Origin: a virus
DNA: 64,000 nt
IMG/VR virus record: IMGVR_UViG_3300018080_005856
Location: 32,001-96,000 of that record
Strand: one strand, 5' to 3'
A model generated the notes under the pieces. That model saw nothing but the letters and a program-made list of their open reading frames with translations, was not told the origin of the DNA and ran no database searches. The position numbers were made by a program, and so were the translations under genes. Below, piece after piece: positions 33,800 through 45,232 of this stretch. Position 1 is the first letter of the stretch. Each line of letters starts with the position of its first letter.

Positions 33800-34100
33800 T
33801 TGCCTCTTTGCGTGAGATCTCGTTGGCTTCTTTATTGAACCAGCCTATTGGGTCTTTTCCTATTTCCCGATTGATGGTTTCCCTCAGTTCTATTTGGTCC
33901 AATGATGGTGACATGGATGGTTCCTTCTCCAGTGCGCCAGTCATCAGCTTCCTGAAGGTATCTCTGTGTATGAACACAGACTTTAGCTCCCCTTTAGGTG
34001 AGAGAAAAGATATAGTTGCGGCATCCTTGACATTACTGAAGTCTACCATTCTTAGAGTTAAATCCTTATTAGCCATGCAATCCTCCAAGTCATTGTGCAA
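33780..34100 (-). CDS. hypothetical protein
   Basis: GGAGG RBS before MANKDL (~34076). Confidence 0.65.
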   Translation of the reverse strand: MHNDLEDCMANKDLTLRMVDFSNVKDAATISFLSPKGELKSVFIHRDTFRKLMTGALEKEPSMSPSLDQIELRETINREIGKDPIGWFNKEANEISRKEANARSTY

Positions 34101-34270
34101 TATAATGTGGACATTTTAGCATATTGGTCATAAATATACCACTATTTCATCAATGTCAAGCATTTATTCCAGTTCTATATGAATATTTGAGCATAAAACG
34201 TTATAAATGTGTTGACTAATAGGGACCTACCTGGTAGGCTATATTAAATGAGACATATAGGTGGGGATAT

Positions 34271-34501
34271 ATGGCACTTCTTCATAAACCAGAAGGTTCC
34301 AAAGAAGAAAGACTAGAAGAAGCAGAACGTAAACACGGAAAGACAATGCATACCCTTATGAGCTATGGATGGAGTAATAAATCTATAGCGGCATATCTAG
34401 GGCTGGACGAGTGGACTGTGAGAAGGTTTCGCTGGAGGCATGATTTATCTAGAGAGTATAGACCTGATGGTATTCCGGTTTCCCAGTCTAGTGGTACATA
34501 G
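34271..34501 (+). CDS. helix-turn-helix DNA-binding protein
   Basis: GWSNKSIAAYLGLDEWTVRRF. Confidence 0.75.
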   Translation: MALLHKPEGSKEERLEEAERKHGKTMHTLMSYGWSNKSIAAYLGLDEWTVRRFRWRHDLSREYRPDGIPVSQSSGT

Positions 34502-35945
34502 GGGCTTCATTCCCCATCAGATATCTGGCATTCATATGGGCATTTTGTATGGCTGCCACCGCCCTCTGTCTTTCGGTAGCCAATCTGGCATTGCTCAATA
34601 CATCCATTTCATTACCAAACTCTGTGCGGAATAATCCTTTTACTGTTGGTGCTAATCTGGTTATGAGTTCTTCACTCTTTCGGATACCCCATACTGCGGC
34701 TTTGAGACCTTGGGGTATAAGGAAAGCAGCCATTGCACCGGCCTTAAGGCGTTTGGCCATAGCTACTCTTCCAGCATAGTTATCTCCGACGTCTTTTGCA
34801 AAGTTCTGCAGAAGTTTGTAGTCTTGTACTGAAGCTAGTCCTGTTTCCTGAGCTGCTCTCAATGTTGCCTCAGTAGCAGTACCATACGCTCTACCATAAA
34901 GCGCTTTGTTGTGTTTTAGTACAGCTCTAGTAGATACTAGCCTCCGTTGTGCCATATCGTTTCCGGTTAATCTTATAGCATCTTTTCCAAAGAGCATTCT
35001 CTTTCTAGCAGCAAGCCTTTCTTTAGATAGGATATGCCTGCCCTCAACCGGTTTACCTGGCTCTATTCCCCTAACTATATCAGCTATAGAGGTGCGCTTG
35101 AATTCTTTCACACTTCGATCATAGAATTCTCTCAGTTCTCTAGTAGTCCTGGGCCTTTCTCCTCCCCAGGCTGTTCTCCTTGCCTTTATATCTGGCCATA
35201 TCTCACTAGGCATAGGTCTAGTTTCAGTAGGGAAAGGACCGCCAGTAATATCCACTATCTCCCTTGTTATCTTCTTGGCAAGCTCGTCATTCTCAGTAAG
35301 AGCATTGTACACATCAGAAGATATGTGGCCGCTATCTAGGAGGCGCTGAAGACCTCTGTTTATATTCTTGGGTGAGACATAGAACTTATCAAGGCTACCA
35401 TACTTCCATATACCCATGGCTCTGAGGTATTCTACTTCCCCCTCTTTTGTATATATGTGCTTCCATGGTTTTATAGGAGTTACATGTCTATTAGGTGCCT
35501 TCAGGGTTTCCCGGAACTTCTGCAGGCTCTTGAAAACGTTGTCCCTTGTTCCCTTTGTGAAAGAGTCTTTTATTGCTTTTGCACTACGGGCTATGTCCTT
35601 GGTTTTCCCAAATGTGAATGCTTCCCCTCGATATAGACGAGTAGCAGTTGTCTGTATACCATATAATGCTTTACCTAGGAGACCATCAACTGTGGTGGCG
35701 CGATATCCATGCACCATGGATCTCCGCTGGTATCTCCTGTTTATCTCAAAAGGAGATTTCGACATATGGTATGTAGATCTTATAGTATTGGCGTAAAGGC
35801 TAAGCTTCAAAGGAAGCATTGCCACGGATGCGAAGTCAGGAAGTATCTCATGATAGTCAGGCATACGGAATGGGTCAGTCCTGACTTCTCCCATACTGTT
35901 TGCTATTCCTACTAGGTTCTCGCTACTGAGAGGATTGAGTGGCAT
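34488..35945 (-). CDS. basic protein, possible virion internal protein
   Basis: 485 aa, R/K-rich, C-terminal TERQRAVAAIQNAHMNARYLMGNEA; AGGAGAAGG RBS. Confidence 0.6.
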   Translation of the reverse strand: MPLNPLSSENLVGIANSMGEVRTDPFRMPDYHEILPDFASVAMLPLKLSLYANTIRSTYHMSKSPFEINRRYQRRSMVHGYRATTVDGLLGKALYGIQTTATRLYRGEAFTFGKTKDIARSAKAIKDSFTKGTRDNVFKSLQKFRETLKAPNRHVTPIKPWKHIYTKEGEVEYLRAMGIWKYGSLDKFYVSPKNINRGLQRLLDSGHISSDVYNALTENDELAKKITREIVDITGGPFPTETRPMPSEIWPDIKARRTAWGGERPRTTRELREFYDRSVKEFKRTSIADIVRGIEPGKPVEGRHILSKERLAARKRMLFGKDAIRLTGNDMAQRRLVSTRAVLKHNKALYGRAYGTATEATLRAAQETGLASVQDYKLLQNFAKDVGDNYAGRVAMAKRLKAGAMAAFLIPQGLKAAVWGIRKSEELITRLAPTVKGLFRTEFGNEMDVLSNARLATERQRAVAAIQNAHMNARYLMGNEAPMYH

Positions 35946-35951
35946 AAATTG

Positions 35952-36224
35952 TTACCTTCTCCTGAAGTTGAACTTCAAACCATCTATGCCGGCCTGGTTT
36001 CTATTTGTTCTTATTCCGAATCTTCCAGACTCCATGGGGAATGCACTTCCTGGATAAAGTCCCTTCATCATATTCTCTCTCCAGCTATTAGCTCCTCTTA
36101 TCATAGCGCCACCTGCTACTGTAGCTCCAAGAGTGTATAACGCCCCACGGGATACAGTTGATCCAGCTATTGACCCCATTGTGCGCCTTGTTCCCTTGAA
36201 TATTCCCCTGATAATATCAGACAT
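35952..36224 (-). CDS. small basic Gly-rich protein
   Basis: GGAG RBS; hydrophobic Gly/Ala stretch. Confidence 0.65.
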   Translation of the reverse strand: MSDIIRGIFKGTRRTMGSIAGSTVSRGALYTLGATVAGGAMIRGANSWRENMMKGLYPGSAFPMESGRFGIRTNRNQAGIDGLKFNFRRR

Positions 36225-36297
36225 TCTTTCTCTCCAGTGGTATATTATGCGATAATATTCTACAATATATACCTGTAATATACCATAAGAGGTCTAA

Positions 36298-37992
36298 ATG
36301 GGAAGACGCTTCACAGAGAACCAGCTTGCTGCGTTAAAGAAAGAAGTAACCGATCCCGAGGAACTACAGCTTTTATTACTCGCGGATGATCCTGTATTGT
36401 GGGGAGAAACATACCTATATGATCCAGACACAGGAGAAGATAAGTTTGAATGTAAAGAACAGTTCCTAGATCTTTTAAGGTGTCCTAGGCTTAATAGGGC
36501 TGCCCGGGTTGGCCGGCAACAGGGCAAAACTGTTCATCTCTGTGTTGACATTCTATACAAATGTGCCACAACCCAGAGGAATGTTATCCTTGTCTTTATC
36601 CCATCAAAGAAACATATGAACCGGATGCTTGAGATTGTCAGTAACCTACTTCGGACATCAGAATTAAAGGGTTCATATAAGATGGGGAAGAAGATAAAAG
36701 CCAGGGACTCTCTGGAGCCCGAATATGATTATGAGATAAGATGTAGCACTGGGTCGGTTGCAAGGTTCTTCTTTATGGATCAGAAACCAGATAAGGCGCG
36801 TGGACAGGCTGCAGATAGCATATACATAGATGAGGCAGAGTATCTTCCTGAGAAAGCATGGCCAGTTATAAATGGTATCATAAAGGGTGATCCTAACATT
36901 CCTATATGGGCATCATCAACTCCTTCCGGTCTAGAGGACACATGGTTCAGAAACTTCTGTGACAGGTGTAGTGACCCAAAGAACATAAACGGAGAGGAAT
37001 TTCACCTCCCGTCGAATAAGGAGAAGAACTGGCCAGAAATAGAGAAGAGATTGAGAGATCTCATATTTGACGAAGTAACTTGGAAACTAGAGGTCTTGGC
37101 GGAATGGGCGGAGGCAAGAGGAGCAGTATATAAGAAGGACATAATAGATAGATCCATAGAAAGGGCTACAATAGGGGGGATATACCCTACCATGGAGGAT
37201 CTGAGATCAACACTAGAGTATCAGCAAGGACGCAAGTTCATAGGCGTTGATTGGAACAACCCCCAAAATGGTGTCAGAATAATAGAACTTACCGAAATGT
37301 ATGATATGCTATGGCTCACTCGTCATGAAACGATAGCATACGAGAAATATACCCAACTATCATCTGTGGATACCCTACTAGCCTTGGAAGATGAAAACAA
37401 GTACACTGTAATATCAGTAGATATGGGATATGGTGAAACTCAGATAGAACTTCTCACAAAGGGATTGTCTGACAGGCGGCTGGATCCGGCAAAGCTGCTA
37501 AATGTAGTTGACTCAGCAAAGAAGGAAACTGTTAATATCGTATATACTTCTCCTGAAGGAGGAAGACGCAGAGAGACAATTTCAGTGAGGGTAAAGACTA
37601 AGCTAGTTGGTCTAGTAAGCAAGTACTTGGAGACCAAGCTAGTTATCCCAAAGGAAGAGGACGAGTATAGGGAAGGGCTTGTTAAGGAAGTAAGGAACTT
37701 CAAGAGAAAGGAATCACTGCGAGAAGGAGGGTTCGTATACTCTGATAAAACCCATTCACTGTCTGCCCTTCAGATGTGTCTTCATGGGTATGATAAGGTT
37801 GATTCCAACATAGTAAGCGATAATACTATAGGTAGAGTAGCTACTGGTGACTTGGTAGAAATGGTAAAAGCAGCTAGGCCTGAAAGGTCAAATACATACG
37901 CTATAGCAGCAGGAAATCTGAACTATCGAGGAAATAGAGGAGGGAGAACAGCAGGGTTAAGTTATGGCAGACAAAGACGAACTGTTTTATAA
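36298..37992 (+). CDS. terL: terminase large subunit
   Basis: Walker A GRQQGKT, Walker B YIDEAEY, coupling motif ASSTP, nuclease FIGVDW and DMGYG. Confidence 0.93.
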   Translation: MGRRFTENQLAALKKEVTDPEELQLLLLADDPVLWGETYLYDPDTGEDKFECKEQFLDLLRCPRLNRAARVGRQQGKTVHLCVDILYKCATTQRNVILVFIPSKKHMNRMLEIVSNLLRTSELKGSYKMGKKIKARDSLEPEYDYEIRCSTGSVARFFFMDQKPDKARGQAADSIYIDEAEYLPEKAWPVINGIIKGDPNIPIWASSTPSGLEDTWFRNFCDRCSDPKNINGEEFHLPSNKEKNWPEIEKRLRDLIFDEVTWKLEVLAEWAEARGAVYKKDIIDRSIERATIGGIYPTMEDLRSTLEYQQGRKFIGVDWNNPQNGVRIIELTEMYDMLWLTRHETIAYEKYTQLSSVDTLLALEDENKYTVISVDMGYGETQIELLTKGLSDRRLDPAKLLNVVDSAKKETVNIVYTSPEGGRRRETISVRVKTKLVGLVSKYLETKLVIPKEEDEYREGLVKEVRNFKRKESLREGGFVYSDKTHSLSALQMCLHGYDKVDSNIVSDNTIGRVATGDLVEMVKAARPERSNTYAIAAGNLNYRGNRGGRTAGLSYGRQRRTVL

Positions 37993-40525
37993 ACCAGATA
38001 TACAAGAGCCTATAAGAGAAAGAGACCAGGCTCCAGACAAGGTAGTAGAGGAAAGGATATATAAGTCCCAGTTACAGGAAGAACTGGGCATACGCCCAGA
38101 AGATATACCAGACCCGTTAGCATCCTATGAAAGCAAATTCGAGGAGTATAGAAAAGTAGCCCTGGAGATAAAGGAAAGGGCTACATTCCTCCTGGACAAG
38201 ACTATAGAAGACCTAGATCTCTATGTCGGAGATGCTCCAGTACATATCTTGGAGCTTATAACAGACCTTACTGATATAAGTTTTGTAGATGAAAACAACA
38301 ATCTTAAACCCCCTACTGACCCTGTCTATACGTTACCAGTAGAAGTAGCGAAGTGCATCTTCAGAGTAGCTGGAAAGTATGAGCCGAAGGGTAGAGAAAA
38401 GGATCTACTAGCGTCGGCTAAAAGCTTCGACAGTAAATCCTTTACCGATACTGTAAAGAAGAAGATGGAGAGTAGGAGTTATACACAGTCAATTATGTAT
38501 GGACTTCAGCTTCTCCTTACTGTTCTGAAACTGTCCCACGTTATAGCTGTGCACTATTCTGTAGGCTATCTGTGTGGTTTCTTCAAGGGGAAGATAAAGA
38601 TAAAGATACGCTTTAAGATTCCCAAACCTGTAAATAAGAGAATTACCGTATTCAATAAGTGTGTAGGAGATTGGATTTCTAACGAAGTAATAGCTCCAGT
38701 AGAGAGAAAACTCCTTACGGTAGTTGGATATAGTTGCAAGACGAAACAGAAACCAATAAAGAGATGTGACTCTGAGAGTTGGAGAAAGATTGATTTCACA
38801 GAAGTAAACTGTTGTGAAATGTCACCTATAAACTTCGGTGGGACATCAAACCCAGATAAATTCATACAAACGAGCTGCTGGAAGAGAATAGTAAGATCCG
38901 AACTAGATCCTAACTATACCGCAAAGAGAACTATATGCAGTTATGCAACAGCTAAGCAGATAGATTGGACAAGTGAAGGATCTTCCTCCAGGTCTTCTGG
39001 TACAACTGGTATATCGGGCCCGGGGTCGTGGGAAGACGAAGTGTCAGAGTATGAGGCCCAGGCTGCAAACATAGTAGGAGCTTATATAGAGACTAGGCCA
39101 TCCTCATCCGGGAACATGGATCCTCAAAACATACCTACGTTATCAAAATCAATTGAAACGGCAGATGCCGGCGTGGTAATGACTGATAGTGTTCTCAGTT
39201 CTATAAAGAACAACAGGAGATATGAGAGAACAGGATACAGCGAGGAACCGTGGGATTGTTTTGGCATGGAAGATTCTGATCAAAGGACCCCGGAAGAGCG
39301 AATGATGGCTGCCATAAACGATGCAGCAGGTAAGTGGCTTCCGAAAAGTGGGGTTCCCATAGAGGGTAAATCCTATTTCCAGTTTCTAGAGTCTATAGAC
39401 TCAGTACTATCTACTATATTGATGTACGCTGATAAGATAGTATCTGCTGTTGCAAATTTGTCGAAATGGGGGTCATCTAAGCAACTATGCTGTTTCGTGT
39501 ACCTTCTCACAGCGTTTGCTACAATATGGCATTCTCTCGTGAAAAGAGGAACATTTTGTCCTGATATGGCCTATGCTGATGCCTTCAGAAATGAACTGAG
39601 GTGGGCATATAACCTTAGAAATAACAAGGATATGCAAGAGCTTACAAAGCTGCTTCAGGTTATAAAGAATATAGTAGATATATTCATAAACAAGATGAAG
39701 CGCCAAATAATGATCTCTGGGTTCGTTCTTCCACTTGGTGAGATGTGGCAAATGATCAAAGTGGTAGTATCAAATGGTCTGTCAGAGTTCCTTGATATAC
39801 TATTTGGGCCCCTTGATGAAGTGCTGGCCGGCATGCAGACTATTCCTGAAGTAAGACATATGATGAATAATAACTGCTTTGGTTTTGGGGACTTCCTAAA
39901 ATTCCTGCTATGTTTACTGGGCAACCTTAAATGGGGAATAATAAACAACATAATGAGTGTTCTTGACTTTACTCTTCCTGACATTGTTCTGCTGCAGGAC
40001 ATTATGTTGTCCAGAATGAGGTTAAAATCTCTTGAATCCCTATCCAAGTTGCTCGGAAACGTTATAGCGCTTATACTAGGGTTGAAAGACTGCTATGATC
40101 CTAATGAGTTGCCTTCTCAGATAGTACAAGAAGAGCTTAATAATGAGTACAGTAACGCGGAAAGTCTGGCCCAGCTCATGGGTCTAGAGGGACTCGAAAA
40201 GTTAGACGAATATAGTACTCCTATACTATCTGATTCTGCTCTTTTCACTCCGGACGAGCAAGATGCCATTGATAATAAACAAGGTGGGATAGCTCGCCAG
40301 TTTGGAGACTTTGGGCACGCTGCCAAAGAAATAGCAGACAATGTCATGTCTGGCAAAGATCTCTCTGTACAGAGATTCATAGACCCAGAAACAGGGGAGA
40401 TTGTTTCCTTCGGATCGTTTGTAACGATGATGGAAGATATGAGTGGGGTAACTGTAAGCGAAATCCAGGAGTCTATGCTGCATATATTTGATATACTCAG
40501 AGGATATGGTGACGAAGATGTTTGA
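37964..40525 (+). CDS. large hypothetical virion-associated protein
   Basis: 853 aa between terL and portal, helical, with Cys and hydrophobic segments. Confidence 0.65.
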   Translation: MADKDELFYKPDIQEPIRERDQAPDKVVEERIYKSQLQEELGIRPEDIPDPLASYESKFEEYRKVALEIKERATFLLDKTIEDLDLYVGDAPVHILELITDLTDISFVDENNNLKPPTDPVYTLPVEVAKCIFRVAGKYEPKGREKDLLASAKSFDSKSFTDTVKKKMESRSYTQSIMYGLQLLLTVLKLSHVIAVHYSVGYLCGFFKGKIKIKIRFKIPKPVNKRITVFNKCVGDWISNEVIAPVERKLLTVVGYSCKTKQKPIKRCDSESWRKIDFTEVNCCEMSPINFGGTSNPDKFIQTSCWKRIVRSELDPNYTAKRTICSYATAKQIDWTSEGSSSRSSGTTGISGPGSWEDEVSEYEAQAANIVGAYIETRPSSSGNMDPQNIPTLSKSIETADAGVVMTDSVLSSIKNNRRYERTGYSEEPWDCFGMEDSDQRTPEERMMAAINDAAGKWLPKSGVPIEGKSYFQFLESIDSVLSTILMYADKIVSAVANLSKWGSSKQLCCFVYLLTAFATIWHSLVKRGTFCPDMAYADAFRNELRWAYNLRNNKDMQELTKLLQVIKNIVDIFINKMKRQIMISGFVLPLGEMWQMIKVVVSNGLSEFLDILFGPLDEVLAGMQTIPEVRHMMNNNCFGFGDFLKFLLCLLGNLKWGIINNIMSVLDFTLPDIVLLQDIMLSRMRLKSLESLSKLLGNVIALILGLKDCYDPNELPSQIVQEELNNEYSNAESLAQLMGLEGLEKLDEYSTPILSDSALFTPDEQDAIDNKQGGIARQFGDFGHAAKEIADNVMSGKDLSVQRFIDPETGEIVSFGSFVTMMEDMSGVTVSEIQESMLHIFDILRGYGDEDV

Positions 40526-42098
40526 TAGTATGTCCAGGAAAAGAACAGAGAGGAAGTTCAACAAGCTATATGATAAAGCTATTTCGGAGAAGCAAAGAGA
40601 TATCACACCTAAGCTATTTGAGGAACATTCAAATGGGGTGGGTGATGATTTCCATGTAGTAGTAGGAAAGAGTTTATTCTCTAAGGATCGACCTTCTACT
40701 AGGAAAGTATCCAAGTATCTTACGGAAAGAAGAAGATCGCAATCTGTGAGTTTGCTTAACAGTACTATCATGAGATCCCCATACCTATACGAAAGGATAG
40801 ATACCTTCTATGATAGGGAATCCTACTTCTCGAGATCTCTCATTAGACAAGTAGAAACAATGATGAGGAATGGATATGAGTTCACATCAGAAGATCCCAG
40901 GAAACTAGCTACTACCAAACAGGAATTTACCAGGATACAGATGGATAGTGGGATGCCTCTAAACCAGTTCCTATTCACAATGGGCATGAACCTGCTGAAA
41001 TACGGCATAGCCATAGTTCATAAGGTAAGAGAGAGGGTAAAAGACCCAGTAGCGGTAGATGACAAGAGGAAAAGTAGAGTTACTAGATTGAGATTCGTAA
41101 AACCCCACACAGCAAATTTCTATGTGAACAATAAAGGAAAGATAATAGGGGTATGGGATGGGAACTCAAATTATATATCTCAGGCGATACAGGGATATCT
41201 GGCTAATAATAAGCAGCAGAAGTTCAACGGTATATTAGCAGAAGATCTATTCATAGCCTACATGAGTGACCCCGGGGATGATATATTCCCAGAACCTCCC
41301 TGTTTTCAAATGCTGGATGATGTTCTTACTCTCAGATCTATAGAAGAAACTGTAGAACTACTATGTTTTCAATATGGATCCCCGCTGCTTCATGCCAAGG
41401 TAGGTAATGATGACTATCTTCCAACACCAGATGAGATAGATATTGTAAATGACCAACTTGTAAATGTAGCTCCGAATGGAATGATTACTACGGACCATAG
41501 GGTGAAAATAGACGTTGTCAACATCCAGGATGGAATAGCAAATCTCATACCGTTCTTGGAACACTTCAAGAATAGGGTACTAATGGGGTCAGGCAGTTCT
41601 CCCATATCTATAGGAGAAGGTGATACTGCTAACAGGAACACTGCTGAGAGTATAGATGATGCTCTCGCTGACCACTGTACCTATGTAGCTAACGCAATAT
41701 GCGATCCAATCAACCATAATCTCATACCAGATCTACTGGTAAGATCGGAAACACCATGGTCTGAAACAGACCTTTTCGATGTGAACGGAGAGCTAAACGT
41801 ACGTCTAGAGTTCAATGAAACAAGGTTAGAAAAGCAAATAGCCAGGGACAATAATGTCATAAACCTATGGGAGGGTAATCTATTAAGATTCCCAGAGGCA
41901 AGACGTATCCTGAAGAAGGGCCCGCTAAGGCGTGGTGAAGAGAAGGAATTATATGTTAATATGGTTCAAATACCACTGAAGGAAGCGGGAGTTAAAGATC
42001 CTTTTGCTGATACTTCAGTGAAGAATAAGACTACATCCCAGAACCAGCCTACTAACCAGTATGGTACAAAGGCCGGCCCGGGATCTAGAAAAGACTAA
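40488..42098 (+). CDS. portal protein
   Basis: Position and size (536 aa); NLLKYGIA, GSPLLHAKVG and GEGDTANRNTA motifs; true start probably the ATG at ~40518. Confidence 0.85.
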   Translation: MIYSEDMVTKMFDSMSRKRTERKFNKLYDKAISEKQRDITPKLFEEHSNGVGDDFHVVVGKSLFSKDRPSTRKVSKYLTERRRSQSVSLLNSTIMRSPYLYERIDTFYDRESYFSRSLIRQVETMMRNGYEFTSEDPRKLATTKQEFTRIQMDSGMPLNQFLFTMGMNLLKYGIAIVHKVRERVKDPVAVDDKRKSRVTRLRFVKPHTANFYVNNKGKIIGVWDGNSNYISQAIQGYLANNKQQKFNGILAEDLFIAYMSDPGDDIFPEPPCFQMLDDVLTLRSIEETVELLCFQYGSPLLHAKVGNDDYLPTPDEIDIVNDQLVNVAPNGMITTDHRVKIDVVNIQDGIANLIPFLEHFKNRVLMGSGSSPISIGEGDTANRNTAESIDDALADHCTYVANAICDPINHNLIPDLLVRSETPWSETDLFDVNGELNVRLEFNETRLEKQIARDNNVINLWEGNLLRFPEARRILKKGPLRRGEEKELYVNMVQIPLKEAGVKDPFADTSVKNKTTSQNQPTNQYGTKAGPGSRKD

Positions 42099-42115
42099 TT
42101 ACAGCAGGTGCCGTT

Positions 42116-42529
42116 ATGGCAAAACTCACTACAAAGAAGAGGAAAAGACTACCAGATTCAGCATTCTGCGGCCCAAATCGCTCGTTCCCGGCTCATGATT
42201 GCAGCCATGTAAAGGCTGGCCTATCACTGTTGGGAAGGTATAAGGGCCCCGGGAGTAAGGCAAGCATACGAGCATGCCTTTACAGAAAGGCGAAGAAGAT
42301 GAACTGCTTCAAGTCTGATTCAATAGCTATGGCAGAAACTAGTGTCCTCATAGAGCTTGTAAAGATGTATGAGGATGATGCAATAGGATTTGCTGACATA
42401 GCATCCTTGGTATCGGAAATGTGCAATGGTAAAGTACTACCTAAAGATATGTCCAACATATTGGTTATGATGGAGAAGGGATATGTCGAAAGGGGTTTTT
42501 CCTTATTGAATAAGCTTTTGGCGGGATAA
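42116..42529 (+). CDS. DUF6582-like head-associated protein
   Basis: LTTKKRKRLPDSAFCGPNRSFPAHDCSHVKAGLSLLGRY motif. Confidence 0.65.
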   Translation: MAKLTTKKRKRLPDSAFCGPNRSFPAHDCSHVKAGLSLLGRYKGPGSKASIRACLYRKAKKMNCFKSDSIAMAETSVLIELVKMYEDDAIGFADIASLVSEMCNGKVLPKDMSNILVMMEKGYVERGFSLLNKLLAG

Positions 42530-42605
42530 TAGGCTTCTGCAGTAATCCCGTTGTACACTATCACATAGATAGTATAAAATATAACTTTACTAATGAGGTA
42601 TTATT

Positions 42606-44069
42606 ATGCGCCTGAGTATATTCAATTATGGTTTGGATCCTAACGCTACAGTCCCAAGGGCGGCCAAAGCCGAGGATGACAAACTAGTATCCCTGGCTGA
42701 AGAAGTCATAGAGAAACATAACTTTGGTAAAGGTGCTGTAGTAGTATCAGAAGCATTTCATACCGGATTACCTAACTTCAACAAGAGAATTTACATGGAG
42801 AAGGGTATGAAAGAGGCAGTAAGCACCTTTTATACTCCCCATATCACTCCATTTCTCATGCATCATGAGATGGGAGGTGGTAGTTTTCTTTCTGATGGTA
42901 ATCCTACTCTGATATCTGTAGGTTCAAACTTGTTTGCGGCTTACTATAGGAAGAAAACCGAGACGGCCACTGGACTAGCTTCTGGGTATGGAAAGGTAGC
43001 CACCTTTGTACCAGAAACTTCCAAAGTTGGCGAACAGAGTGCTATAGACGCACTACAATCTCGGAGACTTCTCACTGTTTCTATAGGTGCAAAAGTAAAC
43101 GACAGTGATTATAGATGTTCCATATGTGGCCTATCCAGGTATGATAGCGAGTGTGCTCATACACTTGGAGAAGAGTACGATAGTGAGATATGCTACGCGG
43201 AAGTGTATAACCCGTTGTTTAGAGAGTACTCTGTCGTGTATAATCCATCTGACATCAACGCTATTATACGAAGAGTTGATGTTATGGAAGGCGAAGATAA
43301 GAATGATCAGAGGCAAGAAATAGACCAGAATCCTGCTATGGGATATATAAATATCTACGATAGTGTAGGAAAGAGGTTTTACCCATCTGCTTCTACAAGT
43401 ACAAAAGAAGGTGGTGATACGATGAGTGATACTAAACCCACGGCATCCGAGATTGATAAGCTTTTGGTACAATATCAAGAGACAATAAAGGCAAAGGATG
43501 CTATTATAGCAGACAAGGACCTTGTTATTTCCGCTCTAGCAAGGGCTTTAAGTGACAAACTGAGTGCGGAAGTTTCTATTCCCGATGAAGACATAATTCC
43601 TGAATCAGATGACACTGATGAAACGGATCCCGGGGATGAAGAGGAAACTACCGATGATGGTGAGCCTGAAGGAGACGAGACTCCTGAAGAGGAGCCAGCA
43701 GACGAGGAACCAGCGGGGGAAAGTGACGATCCTCCTGAAGGAGAAACCGATTCTGATGGTAGTGATACAGATGAGACTGGTAATAGAGCCGATGGCTCTC
43801 CAGATAACGGCCAGCCTGGTGAGAGCTCAAGTGCGGGTGTAGCTACTGATACGGCTGAAGAGTCGGATCAGGCCGGACAAACTCAAGAGGCAGCTCCTCA
43901 ATCAGAAACACCTGATGAGGGCGACGGCAGTACAGATACTAAGGCACCTAGTGTCAAGAGTGTCAGGGAAATGCTGTTAAGTGGGCGCTTTTCGAGGCAA
44001 CTTCCACCGACCAGCAGACCCAAGGGACTCCCTAGGAGACCCATAACGGTTGCCAAAGCAGCCGAATAA
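42606..44069 (+). CDS. prohead protease / scaffold fusion
   Basis: PFLMHH, LTVSIG, CSICG...CAH and EYSVVYNPSD followed by a coiled coil and a long acidic tail. Confidence 0.85.
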   Translation: MRLSIFNYGLDPNATVPRAAKAEDDKLVSLAEEVIEKHNFGKGAVVVSEAFHTGLPNFNKRIYMEKGMKEAVSTFYTPHITPFLMHHEMGGGSFLSDGNPTLISVGSNLFAAYYRKKTETATGLASGYGKVATFVPETSKVGEQSAIDALQSRRLLTVSIGAKVNDSDYRCSICGLSRYDSECAHTLGEEYDSEICYAEVYNPLFREYSVVYNPSDINAIIRRVDVMEGEDKNDQRQEIDQNPAMGYINIYDSVGKRFYPSASTSTKEGGDTMSDTKPTASEIDKLLVQYQETIKAKDAIIADKDLVISALARALSDKLSAEVSIPDEDIIPESDDTDETDPGDEEETTDDGEPEGDETPEEEPADEEPAGESDDPPEGETDSDGSDTDETGNRADGSPDNGQPGESSSAGVATDTAEESDQAGQTQEAAPQSETPDEGDGSTDTKAPSVKSVREMLLSGRFSRQLPPTSRPKGLPRRPITVAKAAE

Positions 44070-44092
44070 ACCAATAAAGTCGAGGTGAAGAC

Positions 44093-45208
44093 ATGAGTTC
44101 AGATCTCTTCTACAATCCGACTGGTAGCGACTTTACCGGCAAGCTTCCTATGAAGACTGTCAGTAAGCTTGCATACCTTGACAGTATTGAAGACCTTTAC
44201 AGATACAATGGAGAAGTATCAGTAGGTGCATATTATCCTGTTAGGGTTCTCCCCTCGGTGTCTATTGATTTAGATGCTGAGTGGCCGGTAGTTATGCCTG
44301 CGGGAACAATCGTAAGCGTTGTTCCTATAAAGGATGCTCTAGGTTATACAGCGGATGATAATGAGTCTGGTATTCGTCAGAGCGGCACAGTTTATGTATC
44401 CATAAGTGCAATCGACAGCACAGCTTTGGAAAAGAATATTAATTTCCTCTATACCAAAGAAGTGGCTGGGTTGCTGGTGCCAGCAAATGGCGGAACTCAG
44501 ACGAACGACGCATACACTGACGATTGCGGGACATATGGTATTCTCACAATGTCTGGGACTGTTGCTGAAGCTGGTGATACGTTCACCAGAGCGGCAAACT
44601 ATCCAATAGGCATTGTCAACAACTCAGTGTACGCAGACATGAGGTACAGGTACCTCAACTATGACGCTAGGCAAGGAAGTAACAGTCAGGCTGTTGCTCT
44701 GGACGGCGTTATCACAATTCCATATATCACAATATATGGTGCTGGTGTTACAGACACAGTTCTCGCGGCCGTAAGAACAGCTGTTGATGCAAAACATCAA
44801 TATGCATGGTTCACTGGTGCAGATGCTGACACTGTAAATGCCTACATCAAACCTGGTTGCTTCTTGATGCCAGACATCAAGGGTAAGTTCACCAACTATG
44901 ATTCGGTTGATGAACACCAGAAGTTTGCAAAGATAATCGAGACCAAACACAGGGTCCCATGGGCTCTTGATGAGTTGATAGACTCGATTCCTAATTCTGG
45001 CATGAAGGGTACAGATACTGGCGGTCTTAAAGCCAGGATGTATCATTTCATCAAACAGATCCTGACTCAAACAGCAGTCAAGGGTGCCACTTATGCGGCT
45101 GTAAAGGCCAACCAAAAGAGCATTCTCCATACTGCTGTACTAACTGACACCGCCAACGTCACGATTGCCATAGGCATGATGGATGTTGCGTTCGGTAGCT
45201 TGAAATAA
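44093..45208 (+). CDS. head decoration / capsid cement protein
   Basis: Between protease and MCP; VVMPAGTIV and NYPIGIV motifs. Confidence 0.65.
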   Translation: MSSDLFYNPTGSDFTGKLPMKTVSKLAYLDSIEDLYRYNGEVSVGAYYPVRVLPSVSIDLDAEWPVVMPAGTIVSVVPIKDALGYTADDNESGIRQSGTVYVSISAIDSTALEKNINFLYTKEVAGLLVPANGGTQTNDAYTDDCGTYGILTMSGTVAEAGDTFTRAANYPIGIVNNSVYADMRYRYLNYDARQGSNSQAVALDGVITIPYITIYGAGVTDTVLAAVRTAVDAKHQYAWFTGADADTVNAYIKPGCFLMPDIKGKFTNYDSVDEHQKFAKIIETKHRVPWALDELIDSIPNSGMKGTDTGGLKARMYHFIKQILTQTAVKGATYAAVKANQKSILHTAVLTDTANVTIAIGMMDVAFGSLK

Positions 45209-45232
45209 GAGAGATAAGGGGGTAATCATACA

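Noticed and set aside
43560-43950. Repetitive GAT/GAA-rich tract
   Set aside because: Explained by the acidic low-complexity tail of the protease/scaffold protein.
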